From the NCBI RefSeq assembly GCF_009914755.1, contig NC_060935.1: a DNA stretch of 64,000 bases. The stretch is one strand, 5' to 3'. The position numbers were made by a program, and so were the translations under genes. This document shows, piece after piece, positions 33,018 through 50,430 of the stretch. Under the pieces are notes generated by a model. It was not told the DNA's origin and did no database searches. It worked only from the letters and a program-made list of their open reading frames with translations. How positions within the stretch are numbered: position 1 is the first letter of the stretch; each line of letters begins with the position of its first letter. The DNA is from the human T2T-CHM13v2.0 reference genome, Homo sapiens.

Positions 33018-33381
33018 TGATATGATTTGACTCTGTGTCCCTACCCAAATCTTATATCGAATTTTAATCCCCACGTATGGAAGGATTAAAGTGATTGGAT
33101 TATGAGGACGTTTTCTCCCATGCTGTTCTGATAGTTAAGTGAATTCTCACACGATCTGATGGTTTTATAAATGGTAGTTTTTCCTGTGGTCTCACATGCT
33201 CTCTCTCACCTGCCGTCATGTAAGACCTGCCCTGTAAGACGTGCCTGCTTCCCCTTCCTCCATGATTGGAAAATTTTGTGAGGCCGCCCAGGCATGTGCA
33301 GCTGAGTCAATTAAACCTCTTTCCTTTATAAATTACCCAGTCTCGGTATTTCTTTATAGCAGTGTGAGAATGGATTAATAT
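33018..33381 (-). mobile_element. MST/THE1-type solo LTR
   Basis: tgatatgatttgactctgtgtcc...tgagtcaattaaacctcttt...ggattaatata. Confidence 0.85.
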
Positions 33382-33575
33382 AGGGCCCCAAATCTGAAGT
33401 GTCTCATAATTAAAGTTCATGAAACTTAACTTTTTTTGTAATCGTTTTGTCAAATTATTACAGAATGTTGATGGGACAGATAAGAAAAAATACAGACAAT
33501 GTAGAACTCAGACCAGTAATACATAGCTAGCATTTATTGAATACATAATGTAGGCCGGGGAGCTATTGTATACGC

Positions 33576-35055
<1,480 letters not shown>

Positions 35056-35465
35056 ACCCAAAACTGTTTTTGCTTTTAAAATTTGTTTTCAATGTTACAC
35101 AGTGACAGTGCTAGGTGGGAAGTAAGGCAACTATGGACAGGAATGTCTGGAGCTCCCTCTCCTTAGCTAGTGATCTTGTGATGTGTAGTTTACTTGTTCT
35201 GGCTTAAAGGCCCAAGTTTGAGGTATTCTTTTTGTTGTTTTGTTTTGATTTTAATTTTTATCCAAGCAATGCAAGCATAGAGTTTAAAAATTCAAGTAGA
35301 ACTAAAAATATTATAGACAATAACAAAAAAACATTTCTTGGCTCCTTCTTCAGATGCAATCCCTTGTAACATTTTATGCCATTCAGGAGTTCCAGACCAG
35401 CCTGGGAAACATAGCAAGACCCTGTCTCAAACAACAACAAAAACAAATCCAGTAACTCTTAGGTT

Positions 35466-35927
35466 TGTGAAAATTGTCAGAATCAAGATAGAGTCACTAG
35501 TGTGGGGGAAAAAAACAAACAAACAAAAAAACCCAGACAAATAGAACCCAGGAAGGCCATTAAGAGGATTCTCATGCACAGATGCCTGCTAACAAAAACT
35601 GTCACAAAACACTGCAAAACCACAACCTTGCACAAACGCTGTCAAAATCTTAGACAAAAAATAGTTCTTCAAGGACATCTCCCCAGCAACTCCCTGTGCA
35701 GTCTTGGGCTGCTGTCACCCTTGTTACTGATCTTTGTAGCCAAAGATAATTATCTCAAAATAATTATTATAATCCTCCACATTTTTTCCTTTAAAAACCT
35801 TTGTCTTCCCTTACCTCCCTGAATGTGCACATAGTTTACTATGGCACACATATTCCCACTGGAATGCTGTATTCCCAAATAAACATCGTTTTCTTCTAGA
35901 GAGCCTCCCTCTGTTATTTAGATTGAA
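35466..35927 (+). mobile_element. ERV1 (MER4-group) solo LTR
   Basis: tgtgaaaattgtcagaatcaagatagagtcact...aataaacatc...gttatttagattgaaa. Confidence 0.7.
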
Positions 35928-36149
35928 AGATTAATACTACTGTTTTTAGTTTCCACTTCCCTGAAGCAGGAAAAAATTTATATTCCTCTACTTGTGTAAG
36001 AATTTGCCTATGCAAATGTTAATTGGCTCTATAGTTACTGATTATTCCAGTGATATTTCAGTGCCCCTTTCAGATAAATGATTTGGGCAACGCCCCAACT
36101 GCTTACCTTTTAATCCAGATCTGGTTGTGGTTAAAAAAAAGAGCAGGAA

Positions 36150-37268
<1,119 letters not shown>

Positions 37269-38931
37269 CCATTAATAATCATTTGTCTGGAACATACAGA
37301 GTACCTTCACAATCTCTCTCTCATTTGAAACTTGAGACAACTTATTTAATTAAGCAGGGAGGTATTCTTATCCCTATTTACAAGGAATGAGGAATCTCAG
37401 GTTTAGAGAAGTTGATGGGTTTATGCAAAACTATATGCAACATACAGTTTTTGGAATAGACAGTGCTTGGATCAGTTTTCCTGATTCAGATCAGTGTCTT
37501 TTATACTTCCTTTTCTTAAGAAAGTTTTCAGGATTGGGATAATGCAGTTACAAAGTACTTCTGCTAAGTTATTGATCTTGGGCTAAATAATATAGTCAGA
37601 ACTGTCATTTGGAAAAATAGTATGTTCTTCCAGAGTTGCCCTCTTACAGAAGGTGAAAATTAATCTTACTCCCTTAACTTTCTCGGGAAGGTTGATGTTA
37701 AACTTTTAAAAGCCATCCCTTTAAAAAGAATGCTAGATATAGACAATTTTTAAAGCCAAAGTGAAGGTTTACAGGTCATTTAAACACTCAATTACTTGGG
37801 GAGAAACTGAAATGCCAGCAGATGGGGTTATTTATAGCACTGTGCTGAGAGCCAGTATATATATTTATTTGTACGAGAGTGGAATCCTGGCTCTGGATCA
37901 TTTCCTGACTTGTTTGAGACTCTAAGCAAGTCATTTATTATGTCTGTATTTTGGAATTATAGCCTTGCCTCAAAGGTGTGCTCTGTGATTAAATGAACTT
38001 CTATTTGTAAATCTTGTTTAAATTTCTCTGATGAAAGGCATATCAGTGTTGATAGCTGTGGAGGATAAGAACGCTGACAATAATAATGAGTACGATAATA
38101 TCAGTGCCTTGGATTTATGCAGTATCATTACTTCGGGGCTTTGCGTGCCTCCTATGTAGTATGTAGTCTATAACAAAAAACTGTAATTACAAACATTTCA
38201 CAAGAAATCATTCTTATTGTGATATTTTTATTACTTGCAGAATTGAGCATACCACAAAAAAGTTCTCATTTTGTGTCCTCCCATCCCATTCTCCTCACTA
38301 ACCAAAGGTAACCACAGTTAATTGTTTTTTATATATCCAGATGTATATGTATATATATTAGTGTATATGACTGATATATTTTATAAATTATTCCACAATT
38401 TATAAAATATTTATAATATTTTGGCCTTATCAATATGCCTTGAAGAAATTTTCATGTCAGCATGTAAATCTTTCTTTTTAATAGGTGCATAGTTTCCCAG
38501 TTGATTTATTTAATCATTCCCTTATGAAAAGATTCTTGAGTTGTTTCTAATTTTTCAACATTAGAAACAATGCTACAATGAATGTCCTGTATATACATCA
38601 TCTTTGCACATCTATGTGTGTACTTCTGTAGGTTAGATTTCTAACATGGCTTAAACTTTCAGGCTGAAAGGATATGTATTAAATTGTACCCCAGAAAGCC
38701 TTACCAATGTACACTTCCATAAATAGTACACAACAGTATCTTTCTCCTATGGTCAACGTTGCTTTGTATAGTATCAGTCTTTCTAAATTTTGCCATGAAG
38801 ATTAAAAACTCATTTTAATTTTCTTAACTACTAATGAGGTTGAGCATCTTTTTGTAAGTTTATCAACCATTTACATTTATTCTTCTGTGAACTGCCTGTT
38901 CAGAGGCTTTCCCATTTTCCCTGTGGGGTGA

Positions 38932-39220
38932 GTTTCTGTTTCTGTTTCTCTTTCATTCTTTCTTTCTCTCCCTTTTCTCTCTTTCTTTCTTTCCTTCTTT
39001 TTTGTTTCTTTCCTTCTCTCTTTTTCTCTTTCCTTTCCTTTCCTTTCCTTTTCCTTTCCTTTCCTTTCCTTTTCCTTTCCTTTCCTTTCCTTTCCTTTCC
39101 TTTCCTTTCCTTTCCTTTCTTTCTCCTTTCTTTCCCTCCCCACTTCCTTCCTTCCTTCCTTCCTTCCTTCCTTCCTTCCTTCCTTCCTTCCTTCCTTCCT
39201 TCCTTCTTTCTTTCTTTCTT
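38932..39220. repeat. Compound polypyrimidine microsatellite (TTTC)n/(TTTCC)n/(TTCC)n, expanded tail of the Alu(-) at 39221-39435
   Basis: about 290 bp of almost pure pyrimidine directly abutting an Alu 3' end. Confidence 0.95.
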
Positions 39221-39801
39221 GACAGGGTCTCACTCTGTCACCCAGGCTGGAGTGCAGTGGTGCAGTCATGACTAACTACAACCTCAATCTCCTGGGCTCC
39301 AGTGATCCTCTTGCCTCAGCCTCCCAAGTAGCTGGGATTACAGGCGCATGCCACCATGTCTGGTGATTTTTATTTATTTATTACTTCCATTTTTCTGTAG
39401 AAACGAGGTCTCACTAAGTTGCCCAGGCTGGTCTGTGTCTTATTGATTGTAAAATCTCTTAAAATATTTTGATTATGAATACTGGGTTAGGTATGTTTCC
39501 CACCTTGCTGTTACATTGTTATCTTTTTTCTTGCTGAAGAAAAAGTTTTTAATATTTATGAAATCAAGTCTGGTGTGGTGGTGCACACCCATAGTCTCAG
39601 CTGCTTGGGAGGCTGAGGGGGGAGGGTTGCTTGAGCCCAGGAAGTTGAGACTGCTGTGAGCCATGATGGCACCACTGCACTCCAGCTTGGGTGACAGAGC
39701 AAGACCCTGTCTCAAAAAAAATAAATAAAATTATGAAATCAGTCTTTTCATTTGTCAGGCTTTTAAATAATTTTTAAAAAGTCAGGCTTTTAAAGAATTA
39801 A

Positions 39802-40327
39802 CGTTAGTTAATTCTCAGAAGTTACAATGTTAGTTTTATTCAGAGTCTTACTGAGCATTGCAACCCGGGAGAGTCTTTCAGAGAGTCTCTGTTAGACTGC
39901 TTCAAAGCAGCGTTTCAGCCCTCGCTTCTATACAGGCGGTGGAGGTTCTGCATGTGCTCGGAAGTTACCTAAAGGTGCTCAGAGGTTACATTAGAGCAAA
40001 ATCTCATCAAAGTCCAGGAGCGAGAGTACGTCTGGTTATAGATTACAGAGGTATATTCATTAATCCTGTCAGATGTTATCTTATGGATAGGAAAAGGCAA
40101 CGGCTCATTGAACTTATCTTTTCCAAAAATGCAGTGATTCAGACATGGGAAACTGTGCTCTATCCTGCTTATGGTCTTCAAGCATTTTTACAGAGAGCTG
40201 AGCTCAGTCACTGAGTCAGGGGTTTGGGAGGTTTATGCTGACAAGCAGAATGAGCAAACGTGGTTCTTCACAGCAAGGGCAGACGGTGTGGCTAGCCAGA
40301 GGCAGATGTTTGCTACTTTGCCTCACA
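39802..40327 (-). mobile_element. ERV1-type solo LTR inserted in an old L1
   Basis: - strand begins tgtgagg, has AATAAA near its 3' end (tttatt ~39835-39840); flanked by L1M-like sequence. Confidence 0.5.
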
Positions 40328-41528
40328 CATTTATGACTTTTGGGATTTGTGTCTTCTTAAGAAGGACACTCTTCAACTACCCCTACCCTAAGATTATAAA
40401 ATAGTGTCCTTATATTTCTGCTATTTTTAAAAGCATCAGGTGCTCTTTAATCCTTGTGAGGTGCATTCTGAATAGCTGTGAGAAAGGAACCTATTTTATT
40501 ATTTTACCAAATGTTTAGCCAGTTGCTTCAAATGTGCTAATTAGTTCATTTTAATCCCAGTAATTTGAAATGCCATCTTTCAAAAATATCAAACATTTGT
40601 AATTCTTGATTCTGTTTCTAGACAGAGCCATTTGCCTAATTCAGTATTAATATTGCATTATTTAATTTTTACTATTTTCTGCAACTGCATAATCTATCTT
40701 GATATCTGATATACAATGTTTTCCCTCATTCTTTTTTTCCCCCCAGAATTGCAGGGCAAAATCTTGTACATTTTTTCTTCAGTAGTAACATTAGAATGAG
40801 CTTTTTAGACTCTATAAATAATAACACTGGGATTTTGGTTAGGAATTATAGATTAAATGTAGGAGAGTTGGCATTTTTATAGTAGTGAGTCTTTTCAGTC
40901 TGGATCATCATGTGTTTTTCCATTTATTTAGGCCACCATTTAGGTCTGCTTTTGTCTTTTTTTTTTTTTTTTAGGATTTTCAGTATATTTGTGTAATTTT
41001 CTTTATCTGAGTTTATTACAAAGTTAATTCTCTGTTATTTTATAGTTATGGTTTTTATCATGAATACAGTTGTAAAATTCTATTTTCTAATAGTTAATTA
41101 TTGATGAGAGAAGTTATTTATTATTAATATTTTTTCTGTATCCTACCTGATAATTTAATTTTTCTTTTATTATGGAAGATTTCAAATATATACAAAGTAA
41201 ACAGAATAGTTATGAACTGCCACGTACCCACCCCAAAGTTTCAACAATGATCAACATTCTGCCATTCTTGTTTTGACTCCCTTCCTACTTTCCACTCCCA
41301 AAATTGCTCTTACTTTTTACAGTTCTTTTTTACCTCTTAGATTAAAAAAATTTAAAGTTTATTTTGAGATAACTGTGGATTCACATGCAGTTGGGAGAAA
41401 TAATACAGAGAGATCTCATGTACCCTTTACTCACTTTTCCCCAGTAGTAAAGTCTTACACAACTCCAGTACAATATCACAACAAGGATGTTGACATTGAT
41501 ACAATCAAGATAAAGAGAATTTCCATCA

Positions 41529-41948
<420 letters not shown>

Positions 41949-42719
41949 TTATGAGATTGAAGTTTTTTCACTTAGCATAATTCTTTGGAGATTCACCCAG
42001 ATAGTATAACAATAGTTCATTCCTTTTTATTGCTGATCAGTATTCCATGGTATGGGTATACCACAATTTGTTTAACCCGTTACATGTTGAAGGACATCTT
42101 GGTTATTTCCAATTTTTGGCTATTATGAATAAAGGTGCTATAAACTTTTGGGTACAGGTTTTGTGTGAACATGAGTTTTCATTTTCCAGGATATAGGCCT
42201 AAGAGTGCAATTATATGCATGGTATAATGGATGGTAATTGCATGTCTAACTTTTTAAAAAATTGAAAAACTATTTTCCAGTTTGGCTGTACCATTTTACA
42301 TTTCCATTAGCTATGTATGAATGATCAGGTGTTTCCACATTCTTGCCAATATTTGGCATTGTTACGATTTATGTTTTAGCCATCCTAATAGGTGCATAGT
42401 GATATCTCACTGTAGTATTAATTTGCGTTTTTCCCATGGCTAATATGTTTGAACATCTCTTAATGTGTTATTTGCCATCTGTATATCTTAATTGATAAAA
42501 TGTCTCTTCATGTCTTTTTGTTTATTTTCTGATTGGATTTTTTTTTTTTTTTACTGTTGTGTTTTAGGATTTTTTTTTGTTTTGGTGGGGGCACAGGATC
42601 GTGCTCTGCCACCCAGGCCGGTGTACAGTGGTGCAATAATAGCTTACTGGAACCTTAAACTCCTGGGATCAAATGATCCTGTGGCTTCGGCCTCCCAAGT
42701 AGCTAGGATGCCTGGCTAA

Positions 42720-42809
<90 letters not shown>

Positions 42810-43135
42810 TAAAGTGCCGGGATTATAGGCGTGAGAATTCTTTACATATTCTAGATGCTAGTCCTTTGTTGAAGTTTAATATTTTCTATTTGTCTATTTT
42901 GGTTTTTGTTGCCTGTGTTTTTGAAGTTTTAGCCATAAATCTTTGCCTGGACTAATGTTCCTGAAGCATTTCCTCTATATTATCTTCTAGTATTTTTTAT
43001 AATTTTGGGTCTTAAGTTTATGTTTTTAATTCATTTTGAATTGATTTTTGTATGTATGATGCCTCCAGCTTTGTTCTTCTTGCTTAGGATTGCTTTGTCT
43101 ATTCAGGATCTCTTTTGGTTCCATACGCATTTTAG

Positions 43136-43264
<129 letters not shown>

Positions 43265-43854
43265 TGAGTAGCTGGGACTACAGGCACCTGCCATCACGCC
43301 CGGCTAATTTTTGTATTTTTAGTAGAAATGGGGTTTTACCATGTTGCCCAGGATGGTCTCTATCTCTTGACCTTGTGATCCACCTGCCTCAGCCTCTCAA
43401 AGTGCTGGGATTATAGGCATGAGCCACCGCGCCCAGCCCAGGATTTTTTTTTTCTATTTCTGTAAAGAATGTAATTGGTATTTTTGTAGGGCTTGCATTG
43501 AATCTGTAAATTGCTTTGAGTAGTATGGCCATTTTAACAATATTAATCCTTCCAATTCATAAGGATGAGATGTCTTTCCATTTTTTTGTGTCCTTTTCAA
43601 TTTCTTTCATTGGTGATTTATAGATTCCCTTGTAGAGGTCTTTCACTTCCTTGGCTAAATTTATTCCTAGGCATTTTGTTTGTAGCTATTGTAAATGGGA
43701 TTATTTTATTGATTTGTTTTTCAGCTAGTTTGTTATTGGTATATAAAAATGCTACTGATGTTTGTATGTTGATTTTGTATTCTGCAACTTTACTGATTTC
43801 ATTTATTGGTCCTAAAAGTTTTTTGGTGGCATCTTTAGGTTTTTCTATATATAA

Positions 43855-44028
<174 letters not shown>

Positions 44029-44727
44029 TAGCTGGGATTACAGGCACATGCCACCACACCTGGCTAATTTTTTTATTTTTAGTAGAGACGGGGTTTTGCC
44101 ATGTTGGCCAGGCTGGTCTCGAACTCCTGACTTCGGCTGATCTGCCCACCTTGGCCTCCCAAAGTGTTGGGATTATAGGTGTGAGCCATGGTCCTGGCCA
44201 CACTTCCTCTTTTTCAATTTGGATGCCTTTTATTTCTCTCTTTTGCATGATTGCTTGGGTAGGACTTCCGGTACTATGTTGAATAAGTGTGGTGAAAGTG
44301 AGAATTTTTGTCTTCTAGTTCCTAGAGGAAAGGCTTTCAGCTTTTCTCATTGAGTAGATTAGCTGTGGGTTTGTCATATATGGCCTTTAGTATGTTTTGG
44401 TATGTTCCTCCTGTGCCTAATTTGTTGAGAGTTTTTATTGTGAGGGGATCAAATACTTATCTACATCTGTTGAGATAATCATATAGTTTTTTTGATGTAA
44501 TGCAACTGTTAATGTAATATATTAATTCAACTGGTACCATAACAATCAATGAGTGGTAGGAAACTCCCTATTCCATTTTATTTGTTCACTTTCATCAACA
44601 TTTCTTTTTTTAATTGGGCATCCAATTTAGTAATGCCTTTTGCCAGATAATGGAGATAACATTATTCTTTATCTGAGGTGGGAAGATTGCTTGAGTCCAC
44701 GAGTTTGAGACCAGCCTGGATGTCTTA

Positions 44728-44943
<216 letters not shown>

Positions 44944-46146
44944 TTATTATTGATATGTGAGAACTTATTTCTGTCATTTTGTTGTTTTCTGCTTGTCTGT
45001 ATATCCTTGGTCCCTTTCTTCCTCTTTTACTGTTTACCATTGAGGTTTAGTGGATTTCTGTAGCAGTAATGTTTGACTTCTTTCTCTTTCTTATTTATAT
45101 ATCTACTGTACCAGTTTTACATTTGCATGTGTTTGCTTGTTGGCAAATATTGTCCTTTTGCTTTCAGATATAGGACTGACTTAAGCCTGTCTTGTAGGAC
45201 CAGTCTAGTGGTGATGAATTCCCTCAGTTTTTGCTTGTCTGGCATTTTATTTCTCTTCATTTTCGAAGGATATCTTTGCTAGGTTTAGTATTTTTGGCTG
45301 GTAGTGTTTTTCTCTCAGCACTTTAAACATACCATTGTATTTTCTTCTGGCCTGTAAAGTTTCTGCTGAGAAATCTGCTGTTTGTCTGATGGGGATTCCC
45401 GTATACATGACTTGATGCTTTTATCTTGCTCTTTTTAGAATTCTCTTTGTCTTTGACTTTTGATAGTTTGACTATAATATGTCTTGAAGAAGACCTTTTT
45501 GGGTTGAATCTATTTGAGGATCTCTGAGCTGTATCTGGGATGTCTAAATCTCTTGCCAGACTTGGGAAGTTGTCAGCTATTATTTTGTTAAATAGATTTC
45601 CTATGCCTTTGCTCGTTTCTCTTCCTTCTGAAACTCCCAGAATTTGAACATTTGGTCACTTTGTGGTGTTCTATATGTTATGTAGGCTTTCTTCATTTTT
45701 TTTTTCCGAGTTGTCTTCAAGTTCAGAAATTCCCTCCCCTTCCCCTTCCCCTTACCCCTCCCCTTCCTCTTTCTTTCGTTCTTTCTTTCTTTCTCTCTCT
45801 TTCTCTCTTTCCTTCCTTCCTTCCTTTCTTTTTTTCTGAGATGGAGTCTTACTTTATCACCCAGGCTAGAGTGCAGTGGTGCAATCTCAGCTCACTGCAA
45901 CCCCCGCCTCCTGGGTTCAAGTGATTCTCCTGCCTCAGCCTCCTGAGTAGCTGGGACTACAGGTGTGTGCCACCACGCCCAGCTAATTTTTGTATTTTTA
46001 GTAGAGACATGGTTTCACCATGTTGGCCCAGCTGGTCTCGAATTCCTTACCTCAAGTGATCTGCTCACCTCGGTCTCCCAAAGTGTTAGGACTACAGGCA
46101 TGAGCCAATGTGCCCAGCCAGAAATTATTTCTTACGCCTAATCTAG

Positions 46147-46430
<284 letters not shown>

Positions 46431-46965
46431 TAGCCAGGGTGGTCTTGATCTCCTGACCTCGTGATCCGTCCGCCTCGGCCTGCCAAAGTGCTGGGATTAC
46501 TTTGGCGTGAGCCACCGCACCCGGCCACCTGTTTGTTTTTTATTAAATGATATCTATTGCATTGTTGAATTTTTCATTCAGATCATAAATTGTTTCTTTG
46601 ATTTCTATTTTTTACCTGTGTTCTTTTGTAACTCACTGAGTTTCTCTGTTCTTTTCAAGCATTTCATAAATTTCCTTTTCTTTCAGATCTGTTATCAGAG
46701 AATTATTGTGTTCCTTTGGAGGTGTCATGTTTTGTGTTTGTGTGTGTGGTTTGAGACAGGGTCTATCTTTATCACCCAGGCTAGAGTGCATAGTTCGCTG
46801 CAGCCTCAAAGTCTTGGGCTCAAGGGATCCATCTGCCTCAGTCCCCCAAGTAGCTAGGACTATGGGCATACACTACCAGGCCTGGCTACGTTTTTATTTT
46901 TCATAGTGATAGGGTCTTGCTATGTTGCCCAGGCTGGTCTCCAACTCCTGGCCGTAAGCAATTCC

Positions 46966-47317
46966 CCTTGTTGCCTTATTAAGCACTTATTTATCTGTCA
47001 GGCACTTTATTTTATTTTATTATTAATTTTTGAGATGAAGTCTCGCTCCGTCGCCTAGTTTGGAGTATAGTGGCATGATCTTGGCTCACTGTAACCCTGC
47101 CTTCTGGGTTCAAGCAATTCTCATGCCTCAGTCTCCCGAGTAGCTGGGATTACAGGCATGCATCACCATGCTCGGCTAATTTTTTGTGTTTTTAGTAGAG
47201 ACAGTGTTTCACCATGTTGATCTTGAACTCCTGACCTCAGGTGATCTGCCCCCCTCAGACTCCCAAAGTGCTGGGATTACAGGTGTGAGCCACCACACCC
47301 AGCCTCCAGTGCCTTTA
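46966..47317 (-). repeat. Inverted copy of the Alu and flanks at 23630-24274
   Basis: ccttgttgccttattaagcacttatttatctgtcaggcacttta is the reverse complement of the unique 3' flank at 24231-24274. Confidence 0.85.
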
Positions 47318-47441
47318 AGTAATTTTAATTTTTTTTCCAGATTTTATTATTGTTATCTAAATGAGGGTTAGTATAACCAAGGTACTCTGCCAGTATGGGC
47401 AGATGAAAGTCCCTAGTTACTGAATTTTGTGTGTTGATCTT

Positions 47442-50430
47442 TTTTTAAAAGTTTTAATTTTAAAACATTTAAATAGTTTTTGGAGTACAGGACAAGTTCT
47501 TTAGTGGTGATTTCTGGGATTTGGTGCATCTGCCACCTGAGCAGTGTACATTGTAACAAATATGTAGTCTTTTATCTCCCTCCCACCCTTCCCCCACCCC
47601 AAGTCTCAAAATTCTGTTAATTCATTCTTATGCCTTTGTATCCTCCTAGCTTAGCTCCTCCCCACTTATAAGTGAGAACATGTGATATTTAGTTTTCCAT
47701 TCCTGAGTTACCTACCTTAGAATAATGGCCTCCAGCTTCATCTGAGTTGCTACAAAAGACATTATTTCATTTTTTTTTTATGGTTGAGTAGTATTCCATG
47801 GTGTATATATACACCATATTTCTTTATCCACTGGTTGGTTGATGGGTACTTAGGTTGGTTCCACATTTTTGCAGTTGCGAGTTGTGCTGCTATAAATGTG
47901 TGTACATGTGTCTTTTTCATATAATGACTTGTTTTCCTTTGGGTAGATACCCAGTAGTGGGATTGCTGGATTGAATGGTAGTTCTATTTTTAGTTCTTTA
48001 AGGAATCTCCATACTGTTTTCCTTAATGGTTGTACGAGTTTACATTACCACCAGCAGTGTAAAAGTGTTCCCTTTTGACCATACCCACACCAACATCTAT
48101 TGATTTTTAACTTTTAAATTATGCCCATTCTTGCAGGATTAAAGTGGTATCTCATTGTGGTTTTAATTTGTGTTTTCCTGATAATTAGTGATGTTGAACA
48201 TTTTCTCATATGTTTATTGCCTCCTTTTTTTTTTTTTTTGAGACAGGGTTTTGCTCTGTTACTCAAGCTGGAGTGCAGTGGTGTGATCTCAGCTCAGTGC
48301 AACCTCTGCTTTCTGGGCTCAAGTGATCCTCTAGCCTCAGCCTCCTGAGTAGTTGGGACTACACGTATGAGCCACCATACCTGGCTAATTTTTGTACAGA
48401 TAGGTTTTCACCTTGTTGCCCAGGCTGGTCTTGAACTCCTGAGCTCAAAGTGACTCACCTACCTCAGCCTCCAAAAGTGCTGGGATTACAGGCTACCACG
48501 CCCAGCCTGTATATCCTCTTTTGAGAATTTTCTATTCGTGTTCCTTGCCCATTTTTCAATAGGCTTATTTTTTTTTCTTTGTTTGAGTTCCTTATAGATT
48601 CTGGTTATTAGTCCTTTGTTGGATGCATAGTTTGCAAATATTTTCTCCCACTCTGTGAGTTGTCTGCTTACTATGTTGATTATTTCTTTTGCTATGCAGA
48701 AGCTCTTTGTTTAATTAGGTCCCATTTATTTATTCTTGTTTTGTTGCATTTGCTTTTGGGTTCTTAGTCATGAATTCCTTGCCTAAGCCAATGTCTAGAA
48801 GGGTTTTTCTGATGTTATCCTCTAGAATTTTTATGGTTTCAGATCTTAGATTTAAGTCTTTGATCCATCTTGAATTGATTTTTGTGTAAGCTGAGAGATG
48901 AGGATCCAGTTTCATTCTCTATAGGTGGCTTGCCAGTTTCCCCAGCTCCATTTATTGAATAGAGTATCCTTTCCCCAGTTTGTGTTTTTGTATGCTTTGT
49001 CAAAGATCAGTTGGCTGTAAGCATTTGGTCTTATTTTTGGATTCTCTGTTCTGTTCCATTGGTCTACATGCCTATTTTTATACCAGTAACATGCTGTTTT
49101 GGTAACTGTAGTCTCATAGTATAATTTGAAGTCAGGCAGTGTGATGCCTCCAGATTTGTTCTTTTTGCTTAGTATTGCTTTGCCTGTATGGGCTCTTTTT
49201 TGGTGCCATATGAATTTAAGAATTGTTTTTTCTAGTTTTGTGAAGAATGATGATGGCATTTTGGTGGGAATTGCATTGAATCTGTAAATTGCCTTAGGCA
49301 GTATGGTCATTTTCACAATATTGATTCTACTCATTCATGAGTATGGCATGTGTTTCCATTTGTTTGTGTTATCTATGACTTCCTTCAGCAATGTTTTATA
49401 GTTTTCCTTGTACAGATCTTTCACCTCCTTGGTTAAGTATATTCCTGAGTATTGTATTGTATTTTGCAGCTGTTGTAACAGGGATTGAGTTCTTGATTTG
49501 ATTCTCAGCTTGGTTGTTGGTGTATAGCAGTGCTACTGATTTGTGTACATTGATTTTGTATCCAAAGAGTGTACTGAATTCGTTTATCAGATCTAGGAGA
49601 TTTTTGGATGAGTCTTTAGGGTTTTCTAGTTATATGATCATACTGTCAGTGAACAGCAACAGTTTGATTTCCTGTATTTCTATTTGGATGCCCTTTATTT
49701 CTTTCTCTTGTCTGATTTCTTTAGCCAGGCCTTCCAGTAGTATGTTGAATAGAAGCAGTGAAAATGGCATCTTTGTCTTGTTCCAGTTCTCGGGGGAATG
49801 CTTTCAACTTTTCCCCATTCAGTATTATGTTCAGTGTGAGTTTGTCGTCTATGGCTTTTATTGCTTTGAGTTATGTCCCTTCTATGTTGAGAGTTTTTAT
49901 CATAAAGTGATACTGGATTTTCTAAAATGCTTTTTCTGCTTTTTTGTTTTTAATTCTGTTTCTGTAGTATATCACATTTACTGACTTGTATACATTAAAT
50001 CATTCCTGCATCTCTGGTATGAAACCCACTTGATCATGATGTATTATCTTTTGATATGTGATTGGATTTAGTTAGCTAGTTTTTTGTTTTTGTTTTTTAG
50101 GATTTTTGCATCTATGTCTATCAGGGATACTGGTCTGTAGTTTTCTTTTGTTAAGTCGTCTCCTGGTTTTGGTATTTGGATGATACTGGCTTCACAGAAT
50201 GACTTAGGGAGGATTCCCTTTTTCTCCACTTTTGGAATAGTTTCAGTAGGATTGGTACCAATTCTTCTTTGAATGTCTGATAGAATTCAATTGTGAATCC
50301 ATCTGGTCCTGGACTTATTTTTGTTGCAATTTTTAAAAATTACTGATTCATTGTTACTGCTTGTTATTGGTCTGTTCCAGGTTTCTATTTCTTCCTGATT
50401 GAATCTAGGAGGGTTGTATATTTCCACAAA
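47442..50430 (-). mobile_element. L1PA/PB 3' ~3 kb (with Alu at ~48225-48508)
   Basis: ORF2 peptides ([21 protein letters not shown]; [21 protein letters not shown]); 16-bp TSD tttgtgtgttgatctt at 47426-47441 / 50431-50446. Confidence 0.92.

Noticed and set aside
38877-39275. K/E/R-rich and F/L/S/P-rich ORFs
   Set aside because: Translations of the microsatellite
39858-40214. 118-aa ORF in non-Alu sequence
   Set aside because: Non-ATG start, lies in a probable antisense LTR, no domain recognised
48730-49984. L1 ORF2-like peptides
   Set aside because: Frameshifted, 5'-truncated L1; not an active element
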